A DNA stretch of 63,839 nt, counting the filler, from Reticulomyxa filosa (Eukaryota; Protista; Foraminifera), in assembly GCA_000512085.1 (NCBI GenBank). It is 15 parts of 15 records of this genome, joined end to end, with 100 filler letters (N's around TTAATTAATTAA, not from the genome) between each part and the next. Parts side by side here need not be neighbours in the genome. Positions count along the whole stretch, not along the records: positions 5,505 to 22,385 come from ASPP01006140.1; positions 22,486 to 29,879 come from ASPP01025415.1; 13 more parts are not named here. One strand, written 5' to 3'. The notes beneath the pieces are model-generated. The model was not told where the DNA came from, ran no database searches, and saw only the letters and a program-made list of their open reading frames with translations. A program made the translations under genes and the position numbers. Below, piece after piece: positions 13,085-25,800 of this stretch (positions within the stretch are counted from its first letter, which is position 1; each line of letters begins with the position of its first letter).

Positions 13085-13435
13085 TCAGTTGCATCTCAAG
13101 GCCCAAACACTAGTAACACAAAACATATGTTCATTATTCCATTGAACGGACGAAGAGGAATCAGAAGTTTTATCCCATAAACAACTGCTAGTGCTATGCA
13201 GTCCGGCTCCTGTTCTTTCCAAAACGACGGTGTTAACAACATATTTATATTGAAAATCTTGGCTTTTATTTGCTTCAACCAATTTCTTCAGTACATTTGT
13301 GACAATTCGTTGACACCATTGTGGGACTTTGTTCGCATCAAATTGGCTATCTCCGAGCACACCACTTATTTCTTCGCGCAACAATTCCTCCGTTGTTTGC
13401 AAATCCAAACCTTTTGATTGCGTTGATTGTGTCAT
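13085..13435 (-). CDS. DYNLT1: Dynein light chain Tctex-1 family
   Basis: Intronless 116 aa; KVPQW...YKYVVN.VV.ERTGAGLHSTSSCLWDKTSD...W.NEHMFCV..V is the Tctex-1 signature. Confidence 0.95.
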   Translation of the reverse strand: MTQSTQSKGLDLQTTEELLREEISGVLGDSQFDANKVPQWCQRIVTNVLKKLVEANKSQDFQYKYVVNTVVLERTGAGLHSTSSCLWDKTSDSSSSVQWNNEHMFCVTSVWALRCN

Positions 13436-13743
13436 TGTTTTTTCTTTTCGGGATTCCTTGTGATTTTATTAGCTGATTTGTTCCTGTGCAACTGATTACA
13501 CTTACAAAAATTTTGGCGGGAACAAGATAGGATATTTTTTTGTCGAGACTGAAGCTTGCAACTGCAATTTTCTCAAAGTTATTTAAGCGAAATGATATTT
13601 AAGGAAAAACTCATTACACGAGCATCAAACAATCCTCTTAGTTTCGGTGTCCCAAAAAAGAAAAAAAGAAGCGTTTGATCCTAGTTTATTAAAAACTCAC
13701 TGATTTATCTTTAAAATATTTGAGAGCGTTTTTGAAGGGAAGC

Positions 13744-16341
13744 CTAAGTGCTATTTTCAACATCATCCAAAAGTCGAGATCTTTTGTTGAATGTTTTGTG
13801 TCTATCATCGTTCAAGATTTCATCTTGCCATGTGTGCAGTGTGGGATCATCGACGTTGCTGTATACAGTTGTGCTTTCTGTGCGATCTTCGTACAGGACG
13901 TTATTTTTGTGATGTGTGTTGGTCTTTTTCAGTCCTTCGCTTTCCTCACTGAAGCTTTGAAATTCTTCTTGTTTATTGTCATTGTGATATACAATGTCGT
14001 CTGGAGGTTGTTTGTGGGTGTCTTTTTCGTCTGCAGATAGATCCGCTTGATTGTGGTATTTTTTTGTGATATGGAACAAAATTTGAAATATAAACATCCA
14101 CCCTAGAATGACCGCACCGCTTACACGGTACATCCATACGGGTCCAAAGTGTTCATAAATGTATCCACCCGCAATTGCACCAATACAATCTGCTAGACCT
14201 TTTTTCCCCCAAAAAAGTGAACCGCTTCGTAAAGTAGTTGATGAAAGGTGGTCTATCGAATAAAGCACAGAGCAAAAGAAAAAATAGAATGTTTGAAGTA
14301 CAAACCACTCCAAGTGCCGTTAATTAAGCCTTGAATGGTTCCCTGTAAATAGGAAGGTACGAGCATGGTGCCATATTGTACGCAAGCGATCCAGCAGCCT
14401 GGATAATGGAAAGTGAGAAGAGGAATATACATGTACAATATATATATATATATATGTATATGTATATATGTATATGTCTGTTTGAATATAAGATAGGAAA
14501 AATTGAATACCTGCAAAGGTAAGTCCGTGGAGTGGCTCTAAACATAATATAAACCATGAGTCCCGCGACGTTTCTGGAATGAGCGTGTATCCGTAAACAC
14601 GAACTCCATATGCGATATGGGCCAAGGCCATCAAGCCTTTGTATGATGAATGGGACGAGATGAAGCAAAAGAGTGAGAGTGAAAATAGAAAGCAAGTATA
14701 CAAACCTGCGATGCCAATAGTGGAAAGCAATTTGTGGCTGTAATAAAAGACAGGGGTTTCGCCAATGAAGACCATAGCAAAGATTGTCAAACCACATAAG
14801 ATGTACGAAGCGTTGAACTTGTCCAATAAGAAGAGAAACAAGTATTGTTCTACAAATGACATACCCACACCAAACAGGAACAAGTTGGAGAAGAACACCA
14901 TTGTGTGAATGTCACATGATCCTGCGAGGAACTCTATTTCAAAGTGTCACAAACGTAATGACATCTCACAACTGGTGTGACAGCACAGACACAAGCGAGC
15001 ACAAAAAGGAGCAACGTTGGTCTTGCTTCCAATACCTTGCAACAGACTCTTGCGTGCAATTCTCGAGTCGTAGGATGACAGGGACTCCATTTCCGATGCG
15101 GATATGGCCGAGTTATCGGGACGCGAAATGACGGGAGGGGAGTTGGTGAACGAGGGTGGATCGCGACGTCCTGTGGAGCTGGTCGAACTCCATTCCGAGT
15201 TCTTTGTGAACACAGCGTCATTGGGATAAGGGACGGTCCTTTGCACTTTTTTTTCCAACAAATTGGAGGACGATGCCTGTTGCGACTGCTTCTGCGACGC
15301 CGGAGGCAGCGGTGGAATGGCCTGCATGCCGACATTGGTCTGTACCACACTCTGCTGAGGAGTCAACGTGCCAAAGGTGTCACTCACATTTACACTGTTT
15401 TTCGAAAGATTGGAATTGAAAACCAGATTTGGGTTTACTTCGTTTGCTACCACTTTGGATGGTCGTTGTCGTCGTTGATAGCGCGATAACAGTGGTGCTC
15501 TCTTCTGCTTGTTGGGACGAATCGACGTTTGTAAACCCATCTTCTTTTCGTATCTTCGGATGTACATCGGCAATAAGAGCAGTAGAATCAACCATTGCAA
15601 TAACACACACACGTCATAAAACAGTATGATAAAATCCTTTTGATACAAATTCACCAGGAAACCACATGCCACCGCTCCTAAACCCCAACCAATGGCCGCC
15701 CACAATCGCGTTTCGCCGTATCTGCTCGCTTCGTTTATTGTCTTCGACTCGTCCTTCTTTTTCTTTGATTGGGCTTTCCCATTTTCATTCTGCTCGCCCG
15801 TCGTATGCGTTTCGCTTGTTTCTTTTATCGATATATTCCTTTTCATGTCGCTGTCCTCTTCGTGATTATGGAGATGGTGCTGATGTTGATGTTGATGTTG
15901 ATGTTGCTGTTGCTGTTGTTGTTGTTGCTGTTGCTGATGCTGATGCTTTGTCTTGGTCGGTGTCTCCATCAAAAACTTCAAACATATTGCATCCAACAAA
16001 TTCATACTTGCGCCCAAAAAACATGCCACTGAAATCGCTGCAAACGTGTACCAAAAATTTTCTTGCACTTTTTTCACTAACAATAATGTGTAACAAAAAC
16101 TCGATAGTATTGATCCCACTAACAAAATTGTTAATCGGCGATTCGTGTAGTCACCAAGAAAACCCCAAAAAATCGAAGCGAAAAATCCTATACCAGGTCG
16201 TAACGCCACTAGAATTCCTATTTGCGATGGAGAATAGTTGATTTCATCCAAAAATACAATCAAAAAACGAATTAAAACTCCCAAAGCACAAGCATTCCAA
16301 AAATAAACTGCTCGCAGTACTACTATACGGAACTCCGCCAT
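13744..16341 (-). CDS. MFS transporter, MFSD6 / MFS_1_like family, multi-exon, with polyQ/QH loop
   Basis: SPSQIG.LVALRP...FWGFLGDYT.RR, YGETRLWAAIGWG, LEPLHGLTFA, IQGLING and G.IYE.FG motifs; many hydrophobic helices; GT-AG introns. Confidence 0.85.
15876..15947 (-). repeat. Coding microsatellite (polyQ and QH repeats)
   Basis: CAA/CAG and CATCAA runs encoding HQHQQQQQQQQQQQHQHQHQHQHH. Confidence 0.9.
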
Positions 16342-16698
16342 GCTCAAAAGTTTTTTTTGATTGCACGTCTTGCGCTCTCCTTTATTTGTCTTCTCACTGT
16401 CTTCCAGTGCAAGCTTGGAATGTTGACACATTTACTTGGAGGAGCATAGAAGAAAATTTTAAGTTTATGTTTTTTGTCTATTCTGAAAGTAGTTTCATAC
16501 AGCAATCTCTTTGGTTCTTTGCTTTCAATTTTTTGTGTATCTTTCATTCAATCGTTTGACATTTGTAATAATTTTTCAATTAAGATTGTGTCTTCATCTC
16601 TGCTCGGGAAAACTTTTCAGAGGGTTAAGTTGTTTTACAAGTAAATATCCTTTTTTCGTAAATCTTCCTTCTACGAAAGGAAAAATTGGGGTATACAT

Positions 16699-18645
16699 AT
16701 GGACGTCCTTCTCAAATTTGACGCATTTCGGAAAATTCCAAAAGAATTAACGAATCCTACCCTTCATGGAGCTTACCTAACTGTTGTAGCTTACGTAGTG
16801 ATGGCTCTTTTGTTTTTCATGGAACTGGGCGCATATCTTTCTACTACCGTTCAAAAATCGGTGGAATTAGATGAACACTTTGATGAAGTCAGTTGTCAAC
16901 CACACATTATTTTCTCCTTCCAATGGAGTATGATTTTCTCTGGGAACAAATTTAAAAAAGTTGTTTAAAACACTAAGATTTGAGAAAGCAGAAAATGCGA
17001 AATAAAAGCCTCTTAAAAGGCATATGTTGTACTGTGTCCAAGTGTTGGATTGGATTATTTTTGTTTATTTTTTTGTTAACAAAGCAAAGAAAAAGATGTG
17101 TTGGGTTGTGTGTTTGCATTGGAATGACGAAACGATAACAAAAGCACATATGGATTGACTTTGACGTGCAAATGTTTGAATTGCCTTGTGAATACACACA
17201 CGTCGTGGTAAAAGACATTGTGGGCAATCAAGAGTTGGAAATATTAGACCAACAAATCACGAAAGAAAGGATTTCTGTTGATTCCAATACTTTCAAAGTT
17301 TCCTTTTTTTTTTTTTTTTTTTTTGTTGTGTATTGAAAGTTTACACGTGTTGAGGCCCGATTTGGTCAATAACAAAAAAAATGAATAAAAAACGAAAAGG
17401 GAGTAATCGACGAAGAAAAAGATGCAGAACATCGCGGACTCAATGAAGACATCGACCATCATCACGCACAAACCAAAAAATATGAGCATCCCGAGCTGGA
17501 AGCTGATTGGGACAGCACGAGCGACCAATTTCAACACAATGATTTTAATGCAGTATTGGAATATCACGATTTCACAATGGTCAATTTTTATGCGAATTGG
17601 TGCAGTCATTGCCGAAATTTTGCACCAACATGGAAAGAGGCTGAAGACCGTACTGATCAAATGGAATTTCGTGATAAGAACGGAGCAGTGGTAGCGACCA
17701 AATTACTGCGAGTGAATTGTGTTGATTTTGGGTTTGTTCATCTTAATTTGTTTTACTTTACTTTATTTTATTTTATTTTATATTGTTATTGCCAAACGAC
17801 TCCTAAAAAAAAGTATACAAATCACAATCTCACAATAGAGAACTTTGTGCAAGCATTGGCATTCGTGCTTACCCAACAGTTCGTTTGTATAAGCACGACA
17901 AATCATTTACTCAATATACTGGCCCTCGTGAGGTGCAAGGCATCGTTAATTTTATCACTGATTTCATTCACAACGAAGACACTGGCAAACATGAAGTGGT
18001 CACACATCACAGCTCTTTGCAAGAAGGCTGTCGGGTACACGGAGAACTGCTCGTTCGACGAGTACCCGGATACTTTTTATTGGAAGCAGACAGCAAATTA
18101 GACTCACTCGACCCACGCATGACCAATGTCTCTCATCGTGTCAATCATTTGTATATCGTAGGAGATCGAGATGCCATGCGTGACTACGTCAAGAATACTG
18201 CCAGCAAAGTGACTCAAGACATTTTAAAAAATGTTCAACCTATGAAACGTGCTAACTTTATTACCTCAAAAGCTCACACTGCACCACAGCATTATTTGAA
18301 TGTTATTCCGACTCGATTTGATGATAAAGTTATCTTTTTTATTTTTTTTTATTTTGCTCGCTTTTGTCATCGTTACATTTCAATACATAACAGGTGGTCG
18401 TCTATCAAGCCACGGTGCAATCACATATCGCTGACGTTGAGATAACATCAGTCCCTCAAGCCCGTTTTCAATATATATTCAGTCCATTGTCAATACACAT
18501 AAACACCAAAGGCCGGCCTTTATATGATTTTTTGACTTCTGTGTTTGCAATTATTGGAGGCACTTATACTTTTATTTCACTTTTGGATAAATTCTGGGAT
18601 AGTGTGTCTGTCAGGTTGAAGAAAAACATTGGAAAATTAGGTTAA
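16699..18645 (+). CDS. ERGIC_N + thioredoxin + COPII-coated ERV domain protein (PDI-C / PDIL5-like)
   Basis: Starts MDVLLKFDAFRKIPKELTNPTLHGA (ERGIC_N); MVNFYANWCSHC thioredoxin; EGCRVHGEL.VRRVPG and NVSH.VNHL; ends FLTSVFAIIGGTYTF...KKNIGKLG (dilysine-like tail). Several GT-AG introns. Confidence 0.92.
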
Positions 18646-19077
18646 TCGTTTTGATTTTAAAAAGATAAACCAATCAAAAAATTACTTATCTTTTTTTGGC
18701 TGAAGATTTAATCGTTTCATCCAATTTTTTCTCAAATGTATGGAATTCACTTTCTTCACTAAGGTAACTTAAATCTAATTATTGTTAATTTTTTCGGTTC
18801 CTGTGGCAAAGAATAAGAAAAAGTATTTTCTAATCACTAAGAATTAAAGTAATTGGTAACACAAAATCAATTGTGTACATAAATCCTGTACATGTCTGAA
18901 CAGCTACAGCAATTAACATTGTTCAATAGTTTGTACATCCTATAGACATACGAAATAAGTGCCAACGTTATGCACATCAAAAAACTACATGTTGCACATT
19001 TCTAGAAACCGTTTTGATAATGAAAAGAAGCATTGATTAAAAAGCATTACAAAAAATTCTGCAAACATATACTAATT

Positions 19078-19932
19078 TTATGTATTTTTTATGTGCATCC
19101 CACAGTTTTGGCATTGAGGAAAACGAGATAAATGTTGCCTCACAGATAAAAGTATGGCATCACTTACACCGATTCCAGACAAAGCACTAACCTCTCCCCC
19201 AAATAACACAGTAGGTTGATTGAATGACTCACAAAATTCCTTAACCTCTTCCTCGTTTACTTGTCTCTCACTTTGTGATTTGTCACTTTTATTGCCAATG
19301 ACGACGATTGTTGGTGCTGTGCTTTTTCCTAAGTCATTCTCATGTTTTATCCACGATGCAACAGAACTAAAAGAGTCGTAAAATGTTACATCGTACACTA
19401 CCAAACAAATGTCCGTTTTGTGCGCCTGGCGAAGAGAAAATCTTTCTTTCCCTTTTTTATGTTTTGTTTTTATTATAATTCTTGTTGGACATATTTGAAG
19501 TAAAAAAATACCTGCAATATCAAAGATCAACAATTTTACACGAGTAGTGCCAATATCTACTTTTTTAATCCAAAATTCTGTTCCAATTGTTGAGAGATAT
19601 GTATGATGAAATATATTTTCAACAAATCGATGTATAATAGACGACTTGCCTACACTGCTGTCACCTTTCAGTGCGCATTGTAGTGAAAAATTGTATTTAT
19701 CATCCTCGATCGGGAGAAAACTTGCAATCATCGCAATAAGTTCTAATGGCATTGTGCCTTTTACTTTGTGGTTTCTCGTCCAGTTTTCAACAATCTTTGG
19801 GATTTCACGTTTGATATACTGAGAAGAGCAAACATGGTTGGGAAAAACATATTTAGTTTTTATTAAAACATTATTATCTGCACTGTTATTGGTTGTTAAT
19901 GACTTATTCCGCCGTCCTGTGTAATTTCCCAT
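19078..19932 (-). CDS. Divergent Rab-family small GTPase with N-terminal extension
   Basis: GDSSVGKS (G1), STIGTEF (G2), DIAG|KERF (G3, spanning a 60-nt intron), GNKSD (G4), EVSA (G5). Confidence 0.88.
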   Translation of the reverse strand: MGNYTGRRNKSLTTNNSADNNVLIKTKYVFPNHVCSSQYIKREIPKIVENWTRNHKVKGTMPLELIAMIASFLPIEDDKYNFSLQCALKGDSSVGKSSIIHRFVENIFHHTYLSTIGTEFWIKKVDIGTTRVKLLIFDIAGIFLLQICPTRIIIKTKHKKGKERFSLRQAHKTDICLVVYDVTFYDSFSSVASWIKHENDLGKSTAPTIVVIGNKSDKSQSERQVNEEEVKEFCESFNQPTVLFGGEVSALSGIGVSDAILLSVRQHLSRFPQCQNCGMHIKNT

Positions 19933-20337
19933 TTTTAGAAACAAGCCCTAAAGTCAAAACTATACACCGCGGAAGTTACTTGCCTAATGCTTATTAATAG
20001 AATATCCCTTCTTGTGCTGTAAGGTAGATTATATTTTTCAATTTTATGAGCGAAAAAGTTGAGTTCTTTAAAAAATATAAGAAACTGTGAAAAATTACGT
20101 TATGAAGAAGATTTATGCTCGAGACAGTTGAGTACGGCTTTTTGCTCAGAAAAGGTAAAGATTTTCTGCAACGACCAAGTAAATAATCAACAATGCAGTT
20201 AAACAAGGGAAAATAAGTGCGGCACCTTTTCATATGCTTTTCGTTCGCACAAATAAAAAATGTCAAAGTAATTCAAATAAAAATTAATGTCTAACGAACT
20301 TTATCCAGCGCTTTTTAATTTTTTTTGCATTGAAATG

Positions 20338-21102
20338 TTACAAAAACATTTCGCTTGGTCTTGTTGTCTTCGATGGATCTTCATCGTCGTGGCTCTGCAC
20401 ATCAGAACAAAAGATTTATCGTCTGTTTTTTTAAAGTTGTTACATAGGATTATTAACTCGGTAAGAAATCTTTTGCTTGAGTTTATTCAATTGTTTTAAT
20501 TGTGTTCCAATCCTTTTTACAGCATCACGATCTATATTCCACACCAATCCTAAAAAATAGAATATGTAAAACAAACAAATAAACAGTTACCATCAGCATG
20601 TCGGGTCCACAAACGCAAACGATTATTGGAATTTCTATTTGAGGCAACAATCCCACAAATATCATCCGCGTCGTCAAAACCATCTCCAGCCATTGTCAAT
20701 ATTGTGTTGAACCATGTGCTATCAAATTTGCTTTGGTTGTCTTCTTTGTGAAATATCACTTTCCAAGATCCACCTTTTTGGTTGAATGCATCTTCCCACT
20801 GTGGTAATACCCCAGAACGAAAGATTTGCAAATCTGCTCCTTCAGGTAATTTTGAAGGGGCGCGTAAGTTGTTCAGTACACTATCAACGAACATAAACAA
20901 TTTACAGACTTAAACAAACAAGTTCGTGTGAAATATTTTACCGCCAAAATTCGCTCACTGATCCAAATTCGACAACTTTTTTGACACGTTCTGTGTCCCA
21001 TTTCTTTTGATCTGCTTCGGCTTCTTTTGGGGCACTATACCACAAGGTCCAGCGAAATTGCAACGGTAATTCGTCATTAGGATCAAGGGTATCTTGAGAC
21101 AT
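20338..21102 (-). CDS. eIF4E: Eukaryotic translation initiation factor 4E family
   Basis: Spliced exons give PLQFRWTLWY...SVSEFWR|VLNNL.APS.LP...FR.GV.PQWED.FN.KGGSW...DDICGIV...RLRLWT...SYR|SHDD. Confidence 0.93.
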
Positions 21103-21773
21103 TATATTCTTGTATTGGAGATGTATAATTTTTCAAAAAAAAAAAGGATCTTTATTTTTTAGCACGTCGTTCGAAGTACCAACATTTAGCGCCAAGTTCA
21201 ATTTTACACAACAGCCAAGAAACAAAAAATATTTGTTAATCTAAAATCTGATTTGCAGGAAGAAACTATTTGGTAGTTAGTTTGTGTTATTGGAGGATTG
21301 TGTAATGATTTGTGAAACAAGATGTTATACTTTTCCACGAAAATTATCCAATCACCAAAAAACACACAAATGGAAACCCAACCTATTGAATACCCGACAA
21401 ATGAATAAGTGAGTCATGTTTCGTCCTCATTTACTGTACAACACACTACATACGTAAACAAGAAAATGAGGCAGCCCAAAAAACAAGTATCAAAAAAGCA
21501 GACAAAAATGGGAAAAAAGGAAAAATGGAATCAATGAGGGCACCATACAACAGATTTTGATTCCAACAACTAGTAGCGAAGGGTTTCATGAAGAAATAGC
21601 AAACAAATAAAAAACTCCAACACAACAAAACAAACAGCCAAAGCCCTATTGTTCCATCAAAGGGAAAAAGGATCAGTAGGAAAAAAAAAAAAGAAAGAAT
21701 AGTACATACTACTTTTCATTTTTGATTCCTTGTATTGCCACTTCAATCCAAAGCAGACCTTTTTTTTTTTTTT

Positions 21774-22385
21774 TTACATTACGAGACAACCTATCTCACA
21801 AAAGCCAACAAGACACACAGCAAGAAATGTATGGTCGTTTGATTTAGCGAATGAAATAAGATATATTGTTTCGTAAGTTCATACAAGCACCGCCTTCTCT
21901 GGCCATATGTTGCTGTAAATATTCCGCAATGTCATTGTGGCCCGTTTGCTTGGCATAGTCAATGGGCATTTTCCCTTCATTGTCTTTGATATTGGTTTTG
22001 GACTTTCTATTTTCGACCAAGTCATGAACAAATTCTTTATCTCCTTGGGCAGCCGCACAATGCAAGATTGTGCGCCGAGCGAACTTGCCTTCGCTATTGA
22101 TGTCCGCGCCGTTTTGCGCCAAATACTTGGCCGTCTCATAAAACCGTAATTCCTTTTTGTTTACAAAGTCGATGCAATAGCTCAAGGCATTGAACCCTTC
22201 CGAGTCTCTTGCATCAGCATTCGCATTGTGTTTCAACAATACCTTGACTGCTTCCAGACACCCTACTTCCGCTGCGTCCATCAATGGCGTGCGTTTCAAT
22301 TTGTCCAATGCATCCACGAAACAATTTTTTCCAATCAAAAATTCACACATCTCTGCTTGACCATTTGCTTTAGTTTTTTTTTTAA
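21774..22385 (-). CDS. Ankyrin-repeat protein C-terminus ending in a CaaX box; 5'-truncated
   Basis: Ankyrin repeats (RTPLMDAA, GFNALSYC, RTILHCAA, GKMPIDYA). A GT-AG intron after GGA adds mini-exon 21774-21790, giving ...GGACCLVM*. Confidence 0.85.
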
Positions 22386-22859
22386 NNNNNNNNNNNNNNN
22401 NNNNNNNNNNNNNNNNNNNNNNNNNNNNNTTAATTAATTAANNNNNNNNNNNNNNNNNNNNNNNNNNNNNNNNNNNNNNNNNNNNTTTATTTTAATGTTT
22501 TAAAATTTGAGATCAAAATTGTGAAAATTTTAAAAATATCAAACAATTAGAGAAATTTATAAAATTGTTAAAATTAAATAATACAAAAAAAAGGTTCGTT
22601 CAACCGTAACCCAAGTTTTTTTTGTGGGTTTTTTAGAAGTTAATAACAAACACTTCACATGATGGCAACTAAATCAGCCCGAACGAGAGTTTTTTTTCAG
22701 CCCACAGTTGATAGCGTCTCAATTTAGTACACTCACACACAGCCACAAATGAACTGTCTCGCACAGTCACAACCATATTTCAAATCAAATTTTGTGCCCG
22801 TCGACAACATTAGCCAAGAGTAATGTTTTCACATAAATTCCAATGGTCCTTTCTTTAAG

Positions 22860-25800
22860 TTTGTGTGCTTGCCAACGCTTTCTTTTTCATTCTTGAACAA
22901 TGGCTTAATCTTTTTTTTCCGCTGGTTGTATCCACACTGGTACGAGTAAGTTCTTGTTTTTGCGGATCATTGATTAAATGTGCCAATTGCGTTTTGGACA
23001 TAGGATCACACAATCAGGTCTCTTTCATTGTAACAAATTTGACAGTCAACTCTTATTCTCTTTCTACTTCTTGATGCTATTCATTTTACACAATCATGAG
23101 ATATTTTCTTGTAACTAAAGAGAAAAAAGAAAAAAAAAATGTTTTTAACTTGAATGACTTTGAGCAAATCTTGTATAAACCTTGAGAGCACATCAATTGA
23201 ATTTTGACACATCACAAGTTTCATATCTTCCACCAAGCCAACACGAATGTCATACCAACTTCAATCGCTGAAGTGCGTCCATGCACCTCTGGCGTTGACA
23301 TCGAAGGCACATACAATATCATAACAAATACATGCAAAAACAACAAACACCAATATCCAATCAGTTGGATATTTTCATATAATTCATTTTGGGAGTGAAA
23401 GTTGTGTTTGACTGCAAACACATAACACTACATTGCTACTTGTGTTCATCATTTCCACGTACAGCATCTATATGCACCTCCAAGGAATTTATTCTGTTGG
23501 TGCTCTTCACCAGCATTGCCTCTGCGTGGGCGTGGACAAATGGCTTGCTTCCCATGATATTCAAAGCTAAAAGAAATAACTCCACACGAAAAGGTCAATG
23601 TTCACATTGCCTTGGCTGATACATATTTACAATCACTGACAATATGATACAAATGACGTATAAATCCAATTTCGTACGCTTTTTTTGTAGCTTGAGCAAT
23701 GCAGGATCGCGTGTCACAATGAATATTTTCTGCAGAATAGCGACCACTCCACTATCTCCATAATTCTCTGCTGCGGTTGTCCAATGGTAAAATCACATTT
23801 ACATTCATTAAAATCACAGAAAGGTTTTCTCGTTCCTTTCTTTAATTGCATGGATCGATTTGTGGATTTATCACGAAGCAATCCATTTTTGTGATGTAAT
23901 TGCGACATTTACCAAAGTTGGACAATCACAAGGTCTCAAATGTATTCAGTCGATGGATACTGATTCACATCACTTCCTTTATAGACGGTAGTGGCTCGTA
24001 ACACTTTACACCTACGGCCATTGATGCGGTCATGACTTACTCTCTGTGGTAACACGAATTTGGGGGCAATCAATTTGAGCATCGTCATTGCCAGAGGTAC
24101 CCAAGTGTCTGCAACAGCACTTAATACCAATGTTTACAACCAAAGACACAATATTCAATGGAATACTTGTTACACACGCTGACGCATTGCTTTGAATCAC
24201 TTGTACAACCGTTGAAACTTTCACCTGGGCCTCAAGGTTTCAATTGGATATAATTTTCTGGATTGTCGTCTTCTGTCTGTTATTCGAATATACAGCCGCA
24301 GGAGGAGCCAAGCAATGATACGTCGATTACTTTTCCGTACATGTCAATTATAGTGACGACCACCTCCATTGCGCCAATAGACAAAATAGTCCATATTCGA
24401 TGTTATCGTATTGCACAACCCATCACTGGCTCGAATGACTTGGTTGTGCACATTGCATGGGTACCGCATGAAAATAGCAGCCATTGACTACCATTGTCGT
24501 CGTCTCGCCATATTTGCGCCAGTTGCGATTGCGCACGCATTTCCATTTGAAAGCAATATTGGACCATGTGGAATTTGAATTTATGTCGTTGTCTGGAGGG
24601 TTATTTGTTTGAAATGAAATTGACTGCTTTCCAGATATGCAACGATTGTGCACACGTATCTTGATATAGCGTTTTGGAGGCGATGTTTGAATGTGCAAAG
24701 ATATTCAATATGTGTGATTATTGAGACCCTTGATTGCAAATATCGATGGGTATGTTCTTTTGATTGAGCTGCTGGTCAATTTCTATATTGCTTGCTTGAT
24801 CGAGAATAGATAAAGCAAAATCTTTGCGCGTTGTTGTATGATTGCTCATCAAATTGGGAGTGAGTCAGAAGTATGGTCAACAAATATCCATGTACTTTCG
24901 ACGTATTTGCACACAATAAAACCACAATTTGCGCAAGCGTTGGCATCGACAAAACAGTTTGTGGCAATTGAGCAACAGTTGAGTTAAACCCATGTGGTGA
25001 AAATAGTGTATTGTAGACTGTATTACAAGCAATAAATCCCGCGCATTGCGCACTTCTTTTCGGCAATCCATTTGAAACATTTTTAATACCCTGAATTAAA
25101 TCGATAACAATGTTTTATAAGAAGGTGGACCACTACGTGACTTCGAATTGAAATAAGACATTGTTACAATTAAATTCTTCGACGATATATGGTCCAACAC
25201 GCGAAAGAATGGCAATAATCTGAAATTTTTTTGTACTGTAATATTCAAGCCCACTGGTCACACGACTTTCGCTTGATTGTTGGTACAACCCATTGCATTG
25301 TTCCGTATTCGCAATTAAAAAAATGGGTAAATATATTCGCATCTAATAACATTTACACACATCAATACTGTGTTGTCACATCCTTTATTGTATCCACAGG
25401 TTGAATTCACTCCCTTTGCTACATTGATGTAAATATCAACAAAAAATAATCCACGCTTGAGACTGCCTGCAAAACGTAATGTACCAATTCTTGCTGCATA
25501 AAAGATTCGCACTCCTATGCATTGACAATAAAGATCTTCCTCTTTCTTCACGCTTGAGAACTTGTCACAGTTTGTCGCCGTGATTCATTTCTATAATTTT
25601 GCGCCACTTGCGATTGTTAACGAATATGTGCACTATAATTACTGTTGCAAAACTCCGTACCTTGATTTTGCGATTATACCTATATCATGCGTTTTAATTC
25701 GCAACGTGTTATCTTTGCCACTTTTTGTACCAGTGATAATTCTCCATTTGACTTGCAACCCGGGGTCTTTGTTACTGTAACATCGTGTTCAGTATTTAAC

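Noticed and set aside
14901-14949. In-frame TGA between two MFS ORFs suggesting readthrough or selenocysteine
   Set aside because: A ~100-nt intron (CAAG|gtattg...aaatag|AG) removes the stop and keeps the frame.
5521-16241. Numerous plus-strand ORFs (e.g. 6766-7425, 11508-12155, 15666-16241), and likewise minus-strand ORFs within 40294-48405
   Set aside because: Antisense shadows of real exons with no independent motifs.
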